The translations under genes were made by a program, and so were the position numbers. Below are positions 46,299 to 55,753 of a DNA stretch of 64,000 bases, piece by piece. The stretch's first letter is position 1. Every line of letters starts with the position of its first letter. The notes beneath the pieces are model-generated. The model was not told the DNA's origin. It ran no database searches and saw only the letters and a program-made list of their open reading frames with translations. This DNA comes from Gammaproteobacteria bacterium (GTDB lineage: Bacteria > Pseudomonadota > Gammaproteobacteria > Steroidobacterales > PWYM01), in the NCBI GenBank assembly GCA_003567855.1, contig PWYM01000237.1, forward strand, positions 5,302-69,301, read 5' to 3'.

Positions 46299-46706
46299 GT
46301 GGGGAGTCATCAGCGCTTGAAGCCAGCCCATACAGGTTTTAGGCACGTGTGGTATGCGACGGTGTACTCGCTGCGCGGGCTGCGCGCGGCGTGGACGTGG
46401 GAGTCGGCGTTCAGGCAGGAGTTCGCGCTTGCCGTGCTCGCGCTGCCACTCGGCTTCTGGCTGGGACAGACGCCGGCTGAACGCGCAGTGCTGGTCGGCT
46501 GCGTGCTACTCGTGCTCGTGGTTGAACTGCTGAACTCGGCGATCGAGGCAACCATCGACCGCATCGGGCACGACTACGATCCCGACGCCGGGCGCGCGAA
46601 GGATCTGGGTTCCGCGGCCGTGATGACCTCGCTGATGATCGCCGGACTGGTGTGGCTGATTGTGCTCTGGGACCGGCTGTTCGCTGTCGACGGCTGGTTC
46701 GCCTGA
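46299..46706 (+). CDS. dgkA: Diacylglycerol kinase
   Basis: TGFRHVWYATVYSLRGLRAAWTWESAFRQE and VELLNSAIEATIDRIGHDYDPDAGRAKDLGSAAV match the E. coli DgkA blocks. The GTG at 46299 has GGAGG 8 nt upstream. Confidence 0.88.
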   Translation: MGSHQRLKPAHTGFRHVWYATVYSLRGLRAAWTWESAFRQEFALAVLALPLGFWLGQTPAERAVLVGCVLLVLVVELLNSAIEATIDRIGHDYDPDAGRAKDLGSAAVMTSLMIAGLVWLIVLWDRLFAVDGWFA

Positions 46707-46744
46707 CCCGTGTGCCCTCCGCCCCCGCGTGAGAAGTGCCCGAA

Positions 46745-47353
46745 TCAGCCCGCAATCACTCCAATCGGCGGCATAAGCCAGAGCGCGGCACGCGCCAGCA
46801 GCCACCCGAGCACTGCGCCCGCGACTACGTCGCTCGGATAATGCAGTCCGAGGATCACCCGCGACAGCGCGACGAGCAGTGCGAACGGTACAAGCAGCGG
46901 CGCAAGCCACGGAAACCACGCCAGCGCCAGGGTCGTGAACAGCACCGCCTGCAGCGTGTGGCCGGACGGGAAGCTGTATCGGTCCAGCGGTGCGGTGGCA
47001 CACATGACGCCGACGTGGGATACGAAGGGGCGCTCACGCACGAGCGTGCCTTTCAGCAGCTTGTAGATCCCCACGCCGACCAGTGCGGTAAGCCCCATCT
47101 GCAGTGCCGCGACCCGGCCATCGGCACCTTCAAGCAGGACGAGCGCCGCCATCAGACCGTACCAGAAAATGCCGTCGCCCAAGCGGCTGACGAGCGCGAA
47201 CAGACGCTTGACCGACCGCTGTCGGGCGGCCCGGTTCAGGCACACGCAGACACCGCGCTCTGCGGCGTCGAGCCAGAGCATGCCGGGATGGGTGAAGGTG
47301 CGAAATCGCGTGTACACGCCGCGAAGTTTCTGCGCGCCGTGCGACCAATCCAT
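46745..47353 (-). CDS. PAP2-family (type 2 phosphatidic acid phosphatase-like) membrane phosphatase
   Basis: The three PAP2 motifs: KGTLVRERPF, FPSGHT, and LSRVILGLHYPSDV. An alternative start at Met25 (47281) would leave room for a promoter downstream of the Pho-like box. Confidence 0.85.
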   Translation of the reverse strand: MDWSHGAQKLRGVYTRFRTFTHPGMLWLDAAERGVCVCLNRAARQRSVKRLFALVSRLGDGIFWYGLMAALVLLEGADGRVAALQMGLTALVGVGIYKLLKGTLVRERPFVSHVGVMCATAPLDRYSFPSGHTLQAVLFTTLALAWFPWLAPLLVPFALLVALSRVILGLHYPSDVVAGAVLGWLLARAALWLMPPIGVIAG

Positions 47354-47362
47354 GACGGTTGT

Positions 47363-47380
47363 CTGACAGTCACGTGACAG
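47363..47380 (-). promoter_or_regulatory. Pho-box-like tandem direct repeat oriented toward the PAP2 gene
   Basis: The minus strand reads CTGTCAC-GTGA-CTGTCAG, a 7+4+7 layout with 11-bp phasing. The enterobacterial PhoB box is CTGTCAT-N4-CTGTCAY. It also contains the palindrome GTCACGTGAC. Confidence 0.45.
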
Positions 47381-47390
47381 CCCACCAGCC

Positions 47391-47408
47391 TCGTCATCGA
47401 TTCGTCAT
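47391..47408 (+). promoter_or_regulatory. Second Pho-box-like tandem direct repeat oriented toward the glycosyltransferase gene
   Basis: TCGTCAT-CGAT-TCGTCAT (exact 7-bp repeat, 11-bp phasing), ending 45 nt upstream of the ATG at 47453. Confidence 0.4.
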
Positions 47409-47452
47409 CGCCCCGCAAGACTCCGGTAACGCGCCCGGACGACCATCAGCGC

Positions 47453-48454
47453 ATGAAAATCGCGCTGTGTACCGATGCCTGGACTCCCCAGGTGAACGGG
47501 GTCGTCACCACGCTGTCGCGCACCTGCGAACAGCTCTCCGCTTTCGGTCACGAGGTCGAGGTCATCTCACCCGCGAGCGGTTTCAGGACTTTTCCGCTGC
47601 CGGGCTACCCGGAGATCCGGCTGCCGGTGGCTCCCGGGGGCCGCATGGGCCGTCTGCTCGACGCCTGTGCACCGGACGCGGTACACATCGCGACCGAGGG
47701 GCCGGTCGGACTCGCCGCGCGGCGCTGGTGCCTGCGCCGTCGCATGCCGTTCACGACCTCGTATCACACGCAGTTTCCGGAGTACCTGCGCCGACGCGTA
47801 CCGGTGCCGGAAGCGTTGACCTATCGTATTCTTCGCCGGTTTCACTCGCGGGCCGCGCGCGTGCTCGTCGCCACCCGGCAGATGCAGCAGCGGCTCGACG
47901 CGCACGGCTTCGAACGCCTCGTGACCTGGACGCGGGGTGTGGACACCGCGCTGTTCCGCCCCGACCCCGCTGCACCGCTCGACCTGCCCCGCCCGATCTG
48001 GGTATATGCCGGGCGCGTCGCGGTAGAGAAGGGACTGCCGGAATTCCTCGCACTGGACCTGCCGGGCAGCAAGCTCGTGATCGGCGATGGTCCCGCGCGC
48101 GCGCAGCTCCAGAGACACTACCCCGAGGCCACGTTCATCGGCTACCGGTTCGGCGAGGCGCTGGCTCAGCATCTCGCGGCGGCTGACGTGTTCGTATTTC
48201 CCAGCCGTACCGACACTTTCGGGCTCGTGATGCTCGAGGCGATGGCCTGCGGGCTGCCCGTGGCCGCCTTCCCGGTGACCGGTCCGATCGACGTCGTCGA
48301 AGACGGCGTGACCGGCGCGCTCGACCAGGACCTGCGAGCTGCCTGCGAACGCGCGCTGACACTCGACCCTGCAGCCGCGCGGCGGGCGGCGCTCGCCTGC
48401 AGCTGGGAGGTCTCGGCACGGCAGTTCGAGCGTCATCTCGAGCCGCGCGCCTGA
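47453..48454 (+). CDS. GT4-family (group 1) glycosyltransferase, SQD2/Agt-like
   Basis: N-terminus MKIALCTDAWTPQVNGVVTTL..GHEVEVI and the C-terminal donor-binding block VFVFPSRTDTFGLVMLEAMACGLPV. Confidence 0.85.
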   Translation: MKIALCTDAWTPQVNGVVTTLSRTCEQLSAFGHEVEVISPASGFRTFPLPGYPEIRLPVAPGGRMGRLLDACAPDAVHIATEGPVGLAARRWCLRRRMPFTTSYHTQFPEYLRRRVPVPEALTYRILRRFHSRAARVLVATRQMQQRLDAHGFERLVTWTRGVDTALFRPDPAAPLDLPRPIWVYAGRVAVEKGLPEFLALDLPGSKLVIGDGPARAQLQRHYPEATFIGYRFGEALAQHLAAADVFVFPSRTDTFGLVMLEAMACGLPVAAFPVTGPIDVVEDGVTGALDQDLRAACERALTLDPAAARRAALACSWEVSARQFERHLEPRA

Positions 48455-48459
48455 TTCGG

Positions 48460-48792
48460 TCAGCGTGGCTCCAGCGACTGGTCGACGACGCGCAGGATCC
48501 GGGCGATGAATGCCCGGTGCCACTCGAGACGGGCCTGCTGCACGTCGTCGGACGGTTCAAATGCGTCGAGTTCACCCTCGTCGATCAGGCCGCGCGACTC
48601 GAGCAGGCGTTGCATGCTGTCGAGGCGTTCTGCCATTACGCCCACCTCTTCGGCGACCGCGAGCGTGATCGCCAGCACCCGATCGATGTCGGGGTCATCG
48701 AAGTACACGGGCCGGGGGTCACTGCTCTCGCGCAGCGCCCGATGCACATGGGACAGGGGATCGCTGGGCTTCACTTTGTCTCGAGGCTCCAT
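48460..48792 (-). CDS. Small acidic hypothetical protein
   Basis: 110 aa, begins 12 nt downstream of the SBP gene on the same strand. The composition looks protein-like rather than shadow-like. I see no recognisable family and no clear SD. Confidence 0.45.
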   Translation of the reverse strand: MEPRDKVKPSDPLSHVHRALRESSDPRPVYFDDPDIDRVLAITLAVAEEVGVMAERLDSMQRLLESRGLIDEGELDAFEPSDDVQQARLEWHRAFIARILRVVDQSLEPR

Positions 48793-48804
48793 GCAGGAAA
48801 GGGC

Positions 48805-50334
48805 TCAGTGGGCTGCGCGGTCGACCATTTGCAGCTGCTCGTAGACCGGGACGCGGTTCGCAACGCCGAACCCGGCCACGCCATCACGGTACGCGAACAG
48901 GTCGATCTGTTCGACCAGGAACAGTGCCGGGACGCGTTCGCGTATTTCCCGGGCCAGTTCACGCAACAGCGCTGCGCGACGGTCCGGATCCATCTCGCGC
49001 TGGGCGGCCTCAAGCAGCGGCATCAGTTCGGGGTCGCAGTAGAACGGCTGGCGCTTGGCGCACGAGTAGTACTCCATCGGACGCATCACGTCGTTGTATG
49101 GCGCCGCGTTCCAGGCGAGACCGAACAGGTCGGCCCGCAGCCTACCGGCGAGATAGTCGCGCAACCACGCCGAGAACGGTCGAACCCGCAGGCGCGCCCG
49201 CACGCCGACCCGTGCGAGATCCTGCACCACGACCTGGTAGATCTGTGATGCGCCCGGTGCGCCCCCGCCTGCGACCTCGATGGACAACGTGAGGCCCTCG
49301 CCGTGTCCGGCCTCGGCGAGCAGAGCGCGCGCGGCGTCCGGATCGTGGGGAAACGGTGCAAGCTCCGGATCGTGTCCGACTGTCACCCGGGAGGCCGGCT
49401 GGCTGGAGGGCTCGACCAGGCCCTGCATCAGGATCCCGGCAATGGCCTCGCGGTTGACCGCGAGGTTCAGCGCGCGGCGCACGCGCGGGTCGGCGACCGG
49501 TGACGGTGGGTCGCGCTCGACGTTGAACGCGAGCGCCATGACCTGCATCGACGGGCTGTGTCGGACATGGAAACCGCGCGCCCGCAGAAAATCCACATCC
49601 TCGATGTCGACCATCGTCAGGTCGATCTCGCGCGATCGCAGCGCCTGGACGCGCACCGCCTGGTCGGGAAGCGCGATCACCTCCAGCCCCGAAAGCTGCG
49701 GACGCCGCCAGCCGTCATCGCGCGCGACGAGGTGTACGCGGCGGTCGGACTCGCTCCAACGCTCGAGCCGGAACGGGCCGGTACCCGATGGCGCGCGCGC
49801 GAAACCGTCCGGGCCGAGTTCGGCCCATGCCCGGGGCGGAACCATGAACACCGCCGACAGCCGTTGCGGCAGGATCGCGTCGGGTGCTTCGGTGATCACA
49901 TCCACGGTATGGGTGTCGACGACCTCCACCCGCGCGACATGGCGGACCTCGTTGCCAATCACCGTGCGCGCCCCGGCGCTCGAGCGCAGCCAGTCGAAAA
50001 CCGCGACCACCGCCTCGGCGTCGAAAGGCTCACCGTTATCGAAGTGCACGCCGGCACGCAGCTCGAAGCGCCAGCGGTCAGTATCGACGAGCGACCAGTC
50101 GGTTGCGAGCGCGGGCTGCAGGTCGCCCTGCGCGTCGAGTCGCGTCAGCGCGTCGAACATCGCCGCCCACGTGTAGCTTGACGGCGTGCCGTTCGCGCCA
50201 TAGGGGTTGCCCATCGTCGGCGGCAGGTTCGACACGCCGAAGCGCAGCGTGTCGGCCGGTGCGGCCGCGTACCAGGCGCACAGCACCAGCACCATGACGG
50301 CACGCGCCGCCAACGGACCGTGACGGCTATGCAC
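48805..50334 (-). CDS. Family-5 (Opp/Dpp/Nik-type) periplasmic solute-binding protein with no adjacent ABC permease or ATPase
   Basis: Signal-like N-terminus (AARAVMVLVLCAWYAAAPA), then LRFGVSNLPPTMGNPYG...ALATDWSLVDTDRWRFELRAGVHFDNGEPFDAEAV, typical of SBP_bac_5. The start is uncertain (GTG 50334 or ATG 50295). The track start at 50574 overlaps the upstream gene. Confidence 0.78.
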   Translation of the reverse strand: MHSRHGPLAARAVMVLVLCAWYAAAPADTLRFGVSNLPPTMGNPYGANGTPSSYTWAAMFDALTRLDAQGDLQPALATDWSLVDTDRWRFELRAGVHFDNGEPFDAEAVVAVFDWLRSSAGARTVIGNEVRHVARVEVVDTHTVDVITEAPDAILPQRLSAVFMVPPRAWAELGPDGFARAPSGTGPFRLERWSESDRRVHLVARDDGWRRPQLSGLEVIALPDQAVRVQALRSREIDLTMVDIEDVDFLRARGFHVRHSPSMQVMALAFNVERDPPSPVADPRVRRALNLAVNREAIAGILMQGLVEPSSQPASRVTVGHDPELAPFPHDPDAARALLAEAGHGEGLTLSIEVAGGGAPGASQIYQVVVQDLARVGVRARLRVRPFSAWLRDYLAGRLRADLFGLAWNAAPYNDVMRPMEYYSCAKRQPFYCDPELMPLLEAAQREMDPDRRAALLRELAREIRERVPALFLVEQIDLFAYRDGVAGFGVANRVPVYEQLQMVDRAAH

Positions 50335-50375
50335 AGCCTCCCACCCGGGCGCGCGACGTTGCGTAATGACGCGGG

Positions 50376-50840
50376 TCAGGCCGAAGCCTGGCGCCGCGCC
50401 GCGTCGTGGACGGCCTGACGGACGCGGTCGTAGGTGCCGCATCGACAGATGTTGGTCATCGCCTCGTCGATGTCGGCGTCGCTCGGCGCAGGGTTGCGCT
50501 CGAGCAGCGCGACGGCGGCCATGATCATGCCACTCTGGCAGTAGCCGCACTGGGGAACCTGCGCGGCGATCCACGCCTGCTGCACCGGATGATCACCGTC
50601 GGCCGACAGGCCTTCGATGGTGCGTACGTCGCGCCCCTGTGCTGCCGACACCGGCAGTACACAGGCGCGGGTGGCACGCCCGTCGACATGCACGGTGCAG
50701 GCGCCGCACAGCCCCTGGCCGCAGCCGAACTTGGAACCGGTCATGCCGAGGCGGTCCCTCAACACCCAGAGCAGTGGCATGCGGGGGTCGGCCTCGACTT
50801 CCCGCGACTCGCCGTTGATCTTCAGTGTGTACTTCTGCAC
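50376..50840 (-). CDS. (2Fe-2S)-binding small subunit of a molybdenum hydroxylase (IorA/aldehyde-oxidase type)
   Basis: [15 protein letters not shown] and [11 protein letters not shown] are the two [2Fe-2S] Cys clusters. 154 aa. Confidence 0.9.
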   Translation of the reverse strand: MQKYTLKINGESREVEADPRMPLLWVLRDRLGMTGSKFGCGQGLCGACTVHVDGRATRACVLPVSAAQGRDVRTIEGLSADGDHPVQQAWIAAQVPQCGYCQSGMIMAAVALLERNPAPSDADIDEAMTNICRCGTYDRVRQAVHDAARRQASA

Positions 50841-50879
50841 TTCAGAGTCTCCTCAGCCACTGTGACTGTGAGCGCGGAG

Positions 50880-53048
50880 TCAGGCCAGGCGCCAGCCCTG
50901 GCGCTCGAGCGGCAGCTCGCGGATGCGAATACCGGTGGCCGCATGGATCGCATTGGTGACCGCCGGTGCCGCCGGGGGCAGCCCGGGTTCACCGACACCC
51001 CCCATCTCATGACCACTCTCGATGATGTGGGTCTCGACCGGTGGCGCGTGTCGCAGCAGCAGGCTTCGATAGTCGTTGAAGTTCTGCTGCTGGACGCTGC
51101 CGCCGCGCACGTCGATCGCGCCGTGCATCATCGCCGTCAGGCCGTAGAGGATACCGCCCTCCATCTGCGCGCGGATGTTGTCCGGATGGATCGCGCGCCC
51201 GCAGTCGACCACGCAGTAGAAACGCTCGAGCTTCAGCTGCCTCTCGGCGGACACGCTGACCTGGGCGACCTGTGCGACGATCGACCCGTAGGAATCGGTC
51301 AGGGCAACGCCCCGGCCCCGACCGTCACCCAGCGGTCCGTCCCAGCCCGACACCTCTGCGAGCTTCTCGAGCACCGCGCGGATGCGTGAATCCTGCAGGT
51401 GCCTGAGTCGCCACTCGAGCGGATCCACGCCCGCCGCATGCGCGATCTCGTCGATGATCGACTCGAGGAAAAAGCCGTTCTGGGAGTGTGACACCGCGCG
51501 CCAGACCCCGATCGGCACCGGCGTCGGGTGCGGTACCCATTCGACGTGAGAATTCGCCATCCGGTAGGAGTGATCGTTGAGTCCGGCGATCACTGTCGGG
51601 TCGACGCGTCCGCCGAGCATGCCCGGGCGCATCGCCTCCAGAATCGACGCACCGCCAACACGCAGGTGCAGCGCGTTGATCCCGCCATCGTCATCGAGCG
51701 CGGCGCGGAAGCGCAGCGCATAAGCTGGCCGATAGAAGTCGTGGCGTATGTCCTCCTCGCGGCTCCAGATCAGCTTGACCGGAACACCTGGAATCTCGCG
51801 CGCGATGGACACCGCCTGCACGACGAAATCGGTCTGCCAGCGCCGTCCGAAACCGCCCCCGGAGAACGTTCGGTGCATGGTGACATCTGCAGCATCGATG
51901 CCGAGCGCGCGCGCCGCGGCGTCCCGCGACTGCATCGGCGACTGGGTACCGGACCACACCTCGCAGCGCCCGTTTTCCACCAGTGCGGCGCAGCTCATGG
52001 GTTCCATCGTCGCATGGGCCAGGTACGGCGCCTTATACACCGCGTCGAGCACGCGGTCGCCGGCCGCCGCGAGTGCGCTGTCGACGTCACCGTCACGACC
52101 TGCCTCGAGCACCTGCTCGCCCGGTTGCGCAAGCTGCGCGACGAGCGTATCCATCATGGCGTCGCTTTCGAAGTCCGCGGCATCACCCTCGTCGAACTCC
52201 ACCGGCAGCTCGGTGAGCGCGCGGCTGGCCTCCCACCAGCTGTCGGCGACCACCGCGACGGCATCGGCCAGTGCGATCACCTCGTAGACACCCGGCATGC
52301 CGATGACGGCGTCCCGCTCCACGCTTCGCACGCGGCCACCGAAGACCGGACAGGCGCGAATCGCGGCCACCTTCATTCCGGGGCGCTGCACATCGACCGC
52401 GTATTCGGCCTCGCCCCGCACCATCGCCGGCACGTCCTGTCGCGGCATGCTGCGCCCGATGTAGCGCAGGTCTGCGTCGTCGCGCAGCGGCGGATCGTCC
52501 GGCACCGGGACGTTCGACGCCGCTTCGACAAGTTCGGCGAAATCGAGCGCGCGGTCGCTGGCTGCGTGCACAACCTTGCTGTCGCGCGTGTCGCATTCGC
52601 TGGCCGGCACGCCCAGCTTCTGTGCACCCGCGGTGACCAGCTGCACACGCGCGGCCGCCCCGACCCTGCGCAGCAGGTCGAAGTAGCCGGTCGCGCCCAT
52701 GCTGCGACCGGTCGCCTGCAGGTTCTTCTGGGGATTCGTATAGATCTCGCCGGCGCCGGAAAAGCCGACCTTCAGCCGCGACCAGTCGGCCCCCATTTCG
52801 TCGGCTATGTACATCGCGTGAGTGGTCAGGATGCCCTGGCCCAGCTCGGCGTCCGGGGTGAGGATCGCGACCGTGCCATCAGCTTCGATGCGCAGGTACG
52901 CGGTCTGCAGGGCCGACTGTTCCGGCGCGAATCCGTTACCACCGCGCGCCCGCACCGGCAGCGCGAACGCGAGCAGCGTGCCGGCGCCCGCAGCCTTCAG
53001 CATGCTGCGGCGCGTGAGTGTCAGCGCATAGTCGGCAGCGTTTTCCAT
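50880..53048 (-). CDS. Molybdopterin-binding large subunit of a xanthine-dehydrogenase-family hydroxylase (IorB-type), with a Tat signal
   Basis: The start is trimmed to [34 protein letters not shown] (twin-arginine motif). It has about 720 aa of aldehyde oxidase/xanthine dehydrogenase a/b-hammerhead and Moco-binding domains. Confidence 0.88.
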   Translation of the reverse strand: MENAADYALTLTRRSMLKAAGAGTLLAFALPVRARGGNGFAPEQSALQTAYLRIEADGTVAILTPDAELGQGILTTHAMYIADEMGADWSRLKVGFSGAGEIYTNPQKNLQATGRSMGATGYFDLLRRVGAAARVQLVTAGAQKLGVPASECDTRDSKVVHAASDRALDFAELVEAASNVPVPDDPPLRDDADLRYIGRSMPRQDVPAMVRGEAEYAVDVQRPGMKVAAIRACPVFGGRVRSVERDAVIGMPGVYEVIALADAVAVVADSWWEASRALTELPVEFDEGDAADFESDAMMDTLVAQLAQPGEQVLEAGRDGDVDSALAAAGDRVLDAVYKAPYLAHATMEPMSCAALVENGRCEVWSGTQSPMQSRDAAARALGIDAADVTMHRTFSGGGFGRRWQTDFVVQAVSIAREIPGVPVKLIWSREEDIRHDFYRPAYALRFRAALDDDGGINALHLRVGGASILEAMRPGMLGGRVDPTVIAGLNDHSYRMANSHVEWVPHPTPVPIGVWRAVSHSQNGFFLESIIDEIAHAAGVDPLEWRLRHLQDSRIRAVLEKLAEVSGWDGPLGDGRGRGVALTDSYGSIVAQVAQVSVSAERQLKLERFYCVVDCGRAIHPDNIRAQMEGGILYGLTAMMHGAIDVRGGSVQQQNFNDYRSLLLRHAPPVETHIIESGHEMGGVGEPGLPPAAPAVTNAIHAATGIRIRELPLERQGWRLA

Positions 53049-53300
53049 GCTCCGTATCCCCTGTTCGCAGCGCGACGCGCAGCGCCGGCATGACATCAGC
53101 CGTAAACAATAGCCGAGCCTTCCAGCGCACACCAACCCGGGCTGCAACAACACCTGGTTGTGCCACCGAGGCGCCGGGTTTTCGCGCCGATCCAACACAT
53201 GACACGTGACCTTCGGCTGAAGGAGGCCCAGAACCCCTGCTCCGAGGCTGGTGCTGCACTGCAACCCAAGCCGGACAATGACGTCTTGTGAAATAAGCGT

Positions 53301-53331
53301 TTGACGCACACCCATCACGCATTGTATACAA
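53301..53331 (+). promoter_or_regulatory. Candidate promoter/operator of TBDR-4: TTGACG hexamer plus palindrome TTGTATACAA
   Basis: TTGACG (53301-53306), then 15 nt, then TTGTATACAA (53322-53331). The 10-mer is identical to the one at 43552-43561, and the shared left flank is CGC-(G)T/A-TTGTATACAA. Confidence 0.5.
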
Positions 53332-53482
53332 CGTCCGGTGTTTCTGGCCGAGGTTCGGCCAAACCTGTGGCTGACCGGCGCGGCTGTCCGTGTATCTTGG
53401 CCGCAACATGTACGCACGCCGGTGTTCCACCACAGCGCCCGCCCAACCTGTCGAATCCGAAATCCTGGAGGGAAATCTGAGG

Positions 53483-55723
53483 ATGAAAAGCCTATACCGC
53501 ACGCCCCTCGCGCTCGCCGTCGCGGTCGCGTTGACCAGCCCGCTGGCCGCCTACGCGCAGCAGCCGGACGCCCCTGTCGCGCAGCAGCGCGCTCTGGACG
53601 AGGTGGTGGTCACCGCACAGCGGCGCCAGGAATCAGTTCAGGACATTCCGATTGCGGTTTCGGCATTCGACGCCGACCAGCTCGGCCGGCTTGGCGTCAC
53701 CGAGACGCTCGACATGACCCGGCTGGTGCCGAACTTCATCGGCAGCAGCAACACCGGACTCGGCACGGCCAACGTTTATTCGATTCGCGGCCTGAACAAC
53801 ACCGAATCCATTCCGACTTTTGACCCGCCGGTCGGCAGCTACATCGACGACATCTACGTCTCGCGCCAGAACGCGAACAACTTCACGCTGTTCGACGTCG
53901 ACCGCATCGAGGTGCTGCGCGGACCACAGGGCACGCTGTTCGGACGCAACACCACCGGTGGTGCGGTCAACGTGATCATGGCGCGGCCGTCCGAAGAGTT
54001 TGGCGGCTACGTGGAAGTCGGTTACGGCCGTTTCAACCGCAAGACCGCACGCGCGAGCGTGGACCTGCCGGTCAACGACCAGTTCCTGACCAAGATCAGC
54101 GGCTACTGGATCGAGGACGATGGCTGGCTCTACAACGAGACCACCGGCGAGACGCTCAATTTCGAGGATAACAAAGGCGTGCGGGTCGATCTGCGCTGGC
54201 TGCCCACCGACGAGATCATCTGGGATGTCGCGGTCGATTACGTAGACACGCAGAACGCCGCGATCGCCGGCACCCCCGTTGGCAGCAACTTCGTCACCCA
54301 GACGGGGCTGCGTCGCGGTGAAAACCTCAGCGACTTCGTCGATCTCACCGGCAACAAGTCGTTCATCCCGACAGGCAACCTGGTACGCGCCTGGTCCATC
54401 ACGTCACGTCTCAACATCGCGACGGCGCTCGGTGATCTCGAGCTGATCACCGGCTACCGGGACATGAACCAGAAGTACATGCTCGACTTCTTCAACAACC
54501 CCGCGCCGTTCGGTGGATTCGTCATAGCCAACGACGGCGAACACACGCAGTTCAGCCAGGAAATCAAGCTCGCCGGCAGCACCGACGACAACCGCATCGA
54601 CTACGTCGTCGGCGTGTTCTACCTCGACGAGGACAACGACACCGACTTCGCCGACGTGTTCAACCTCGGGTTCCCGGCGCTGATTTCCGACCGCACGCTC
54701 GACAACAATACCGAGACGTGGGCGGTGTACGGCCAGGCCGACTTTCACCTCAACGACGCCTGGACGGCGACCGTCGGCCTGCGCTACACCGAGGAAGAAC
54801 AGGACATACGGCTGTTCTCGAACCAGCCTAACTTCGTCGGCGCGAGTTTCGACTCGAGCGACCTGGAAGCCGTCGGCGTACCGCTCAGCGACAAGACCAC
54901 GCTGTGGACGCCGCGCGTCGCGCTTCAGTACAACATCGACGACGACACCAACGTCTACGCATCGGCGACGCGCGGGTTCAAGTCCGGCGGCTGGAACGCG
55001 CGAAACAACGACCCGCTGTTGGTGCTGCCGTTCGGACCGGAGCGCGTCTGGTCGTACGAGGCCGGCATGCGCAGCCAGTGGATGGACAACCGCGTGCGAT
55101 TCAACGCCACCGCGTTCTGGACCGACGTCAGCGACTTCCAGCTGCCCACCGCGACCACGGATGCGCAGGGCGGTATCAACTTCGTGACGCGGAACTTCGC
55201 CGACCTCGAGGTCAAGGGCCTCGAGGTCGAGCTGCTGGCGCTCGCGACCGACCGGCTCACGATCTACGCCAACCTCGGCTGGCAGGACTCCGAGTACAAG
55301 AACCTCGATCCCGCGATCCGCGACCAGCAGCAGCTGTGTCTCGAAGAGGCGCTGCAGTGCGGCGAGGGCATCATCGCACCTGACGGCAGCGTGGCCGACC
55401 CGGTGCGTGCGCCGAACTTCACCATTGCCGCCGGCGGCGACTACCGATTGCCGCTCGGGCCGCGGCTGGAGCTCGTGCCGTCGCTGTCGATCACCCGCTA
55501 CGGCACCCACTCGATCGATACCGGGAACGCTTCCTTTCCCGGCGGCGTGTCCTACACGAACGTCAACGGCGGTATCGCCCTCGAGGATGTAGACGGCACC
55601 TGGGCGGTACGCGCGAACTGCAAGAACTGCACGAGCCGCGTACAGCCCAATTCGTCGCTCGCCGGGGGGCTCTACTACAACCAGCCTCGGACCTGGACGA
55701 TAAACTTCCGCTACAACTTCTGA
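53483..55723 (+). CDS. TonB-dependent receptor (TBDR-4)
   Basis: ATG at 53483 preceded by GGAGGGAAATCTGAGG. Signal peptide (...SPLAAYAQQ), plug (DEVVVTAQRRQESVQDIPIAVSAF, IEVLRGPQGTLFGRNTTGGAV), and terminal ...INFRYNF. Confidence 0.92.
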   Translation: MKSLYRTPLALAVAVALTSPLAAYAQQPDAPVAQQRALDEVVVTAQRRQESVQDIPIAVSAFDADQLGRLGVTETLDMTRLVPNFIGSSNTGLGTANVYSIRGLNNTESIPTFDPPVGSYIDDIYVSRQNANNFTLFDVDRIEVLRGPQGTLFGRNTTGGAVNVIMARPSEEFGGYVEVGYGRFNRKTARASVDLPVNDQFLTKISGYWIEDDGWLYNETTGETLNFEDNKGVRVDLRWLPTDEIIWDVAVDYVDTQNAAIAGTPVGSNFVTQTGLRRGENLSDFVDLTGNKSFIPTGNLVRAWSITSRLNIATALGDLELITGYRDMNQKYMLDFFNNPAPFGGFVIANDGEHTQFSQEIKLAGSTDDNRIDYVVGVFYLDEDNDTDFADVFNLGFPALISDRTLDNNTETWAVYGQADFHLNDAWTATVGLRYTEEEQDIRLFSNQPNFVGASFDSSDLEAVGVPLSDKTTLWTPRVALQYNIDDDTNVYASATRGFKSGGWNARNNDPLLVLPFGPERVWSYEAGMRSQWMDNRVRFNATAFWTDVSDFQLPTATTDAQGGINFVTRNFADLEVKGLEVELLALATDRLTIYANLGWQDSEYKNLDPAIRDQQQLCLEEALQCGEGIIAPDGSVADPVRAPNFTIAAGGDYRLPLGPRLELVPSLSITRYGTHSIDTGNASFPGGVSYTNVNGGIALEDVDGTWAVRANCKNCTSRVQPNSSLAGGLYYNQPRTWTINFRYNF

Positions 55724-55753
55724 CCGGGCCGGCGTCAGGCCCGCCCCCTCGAA

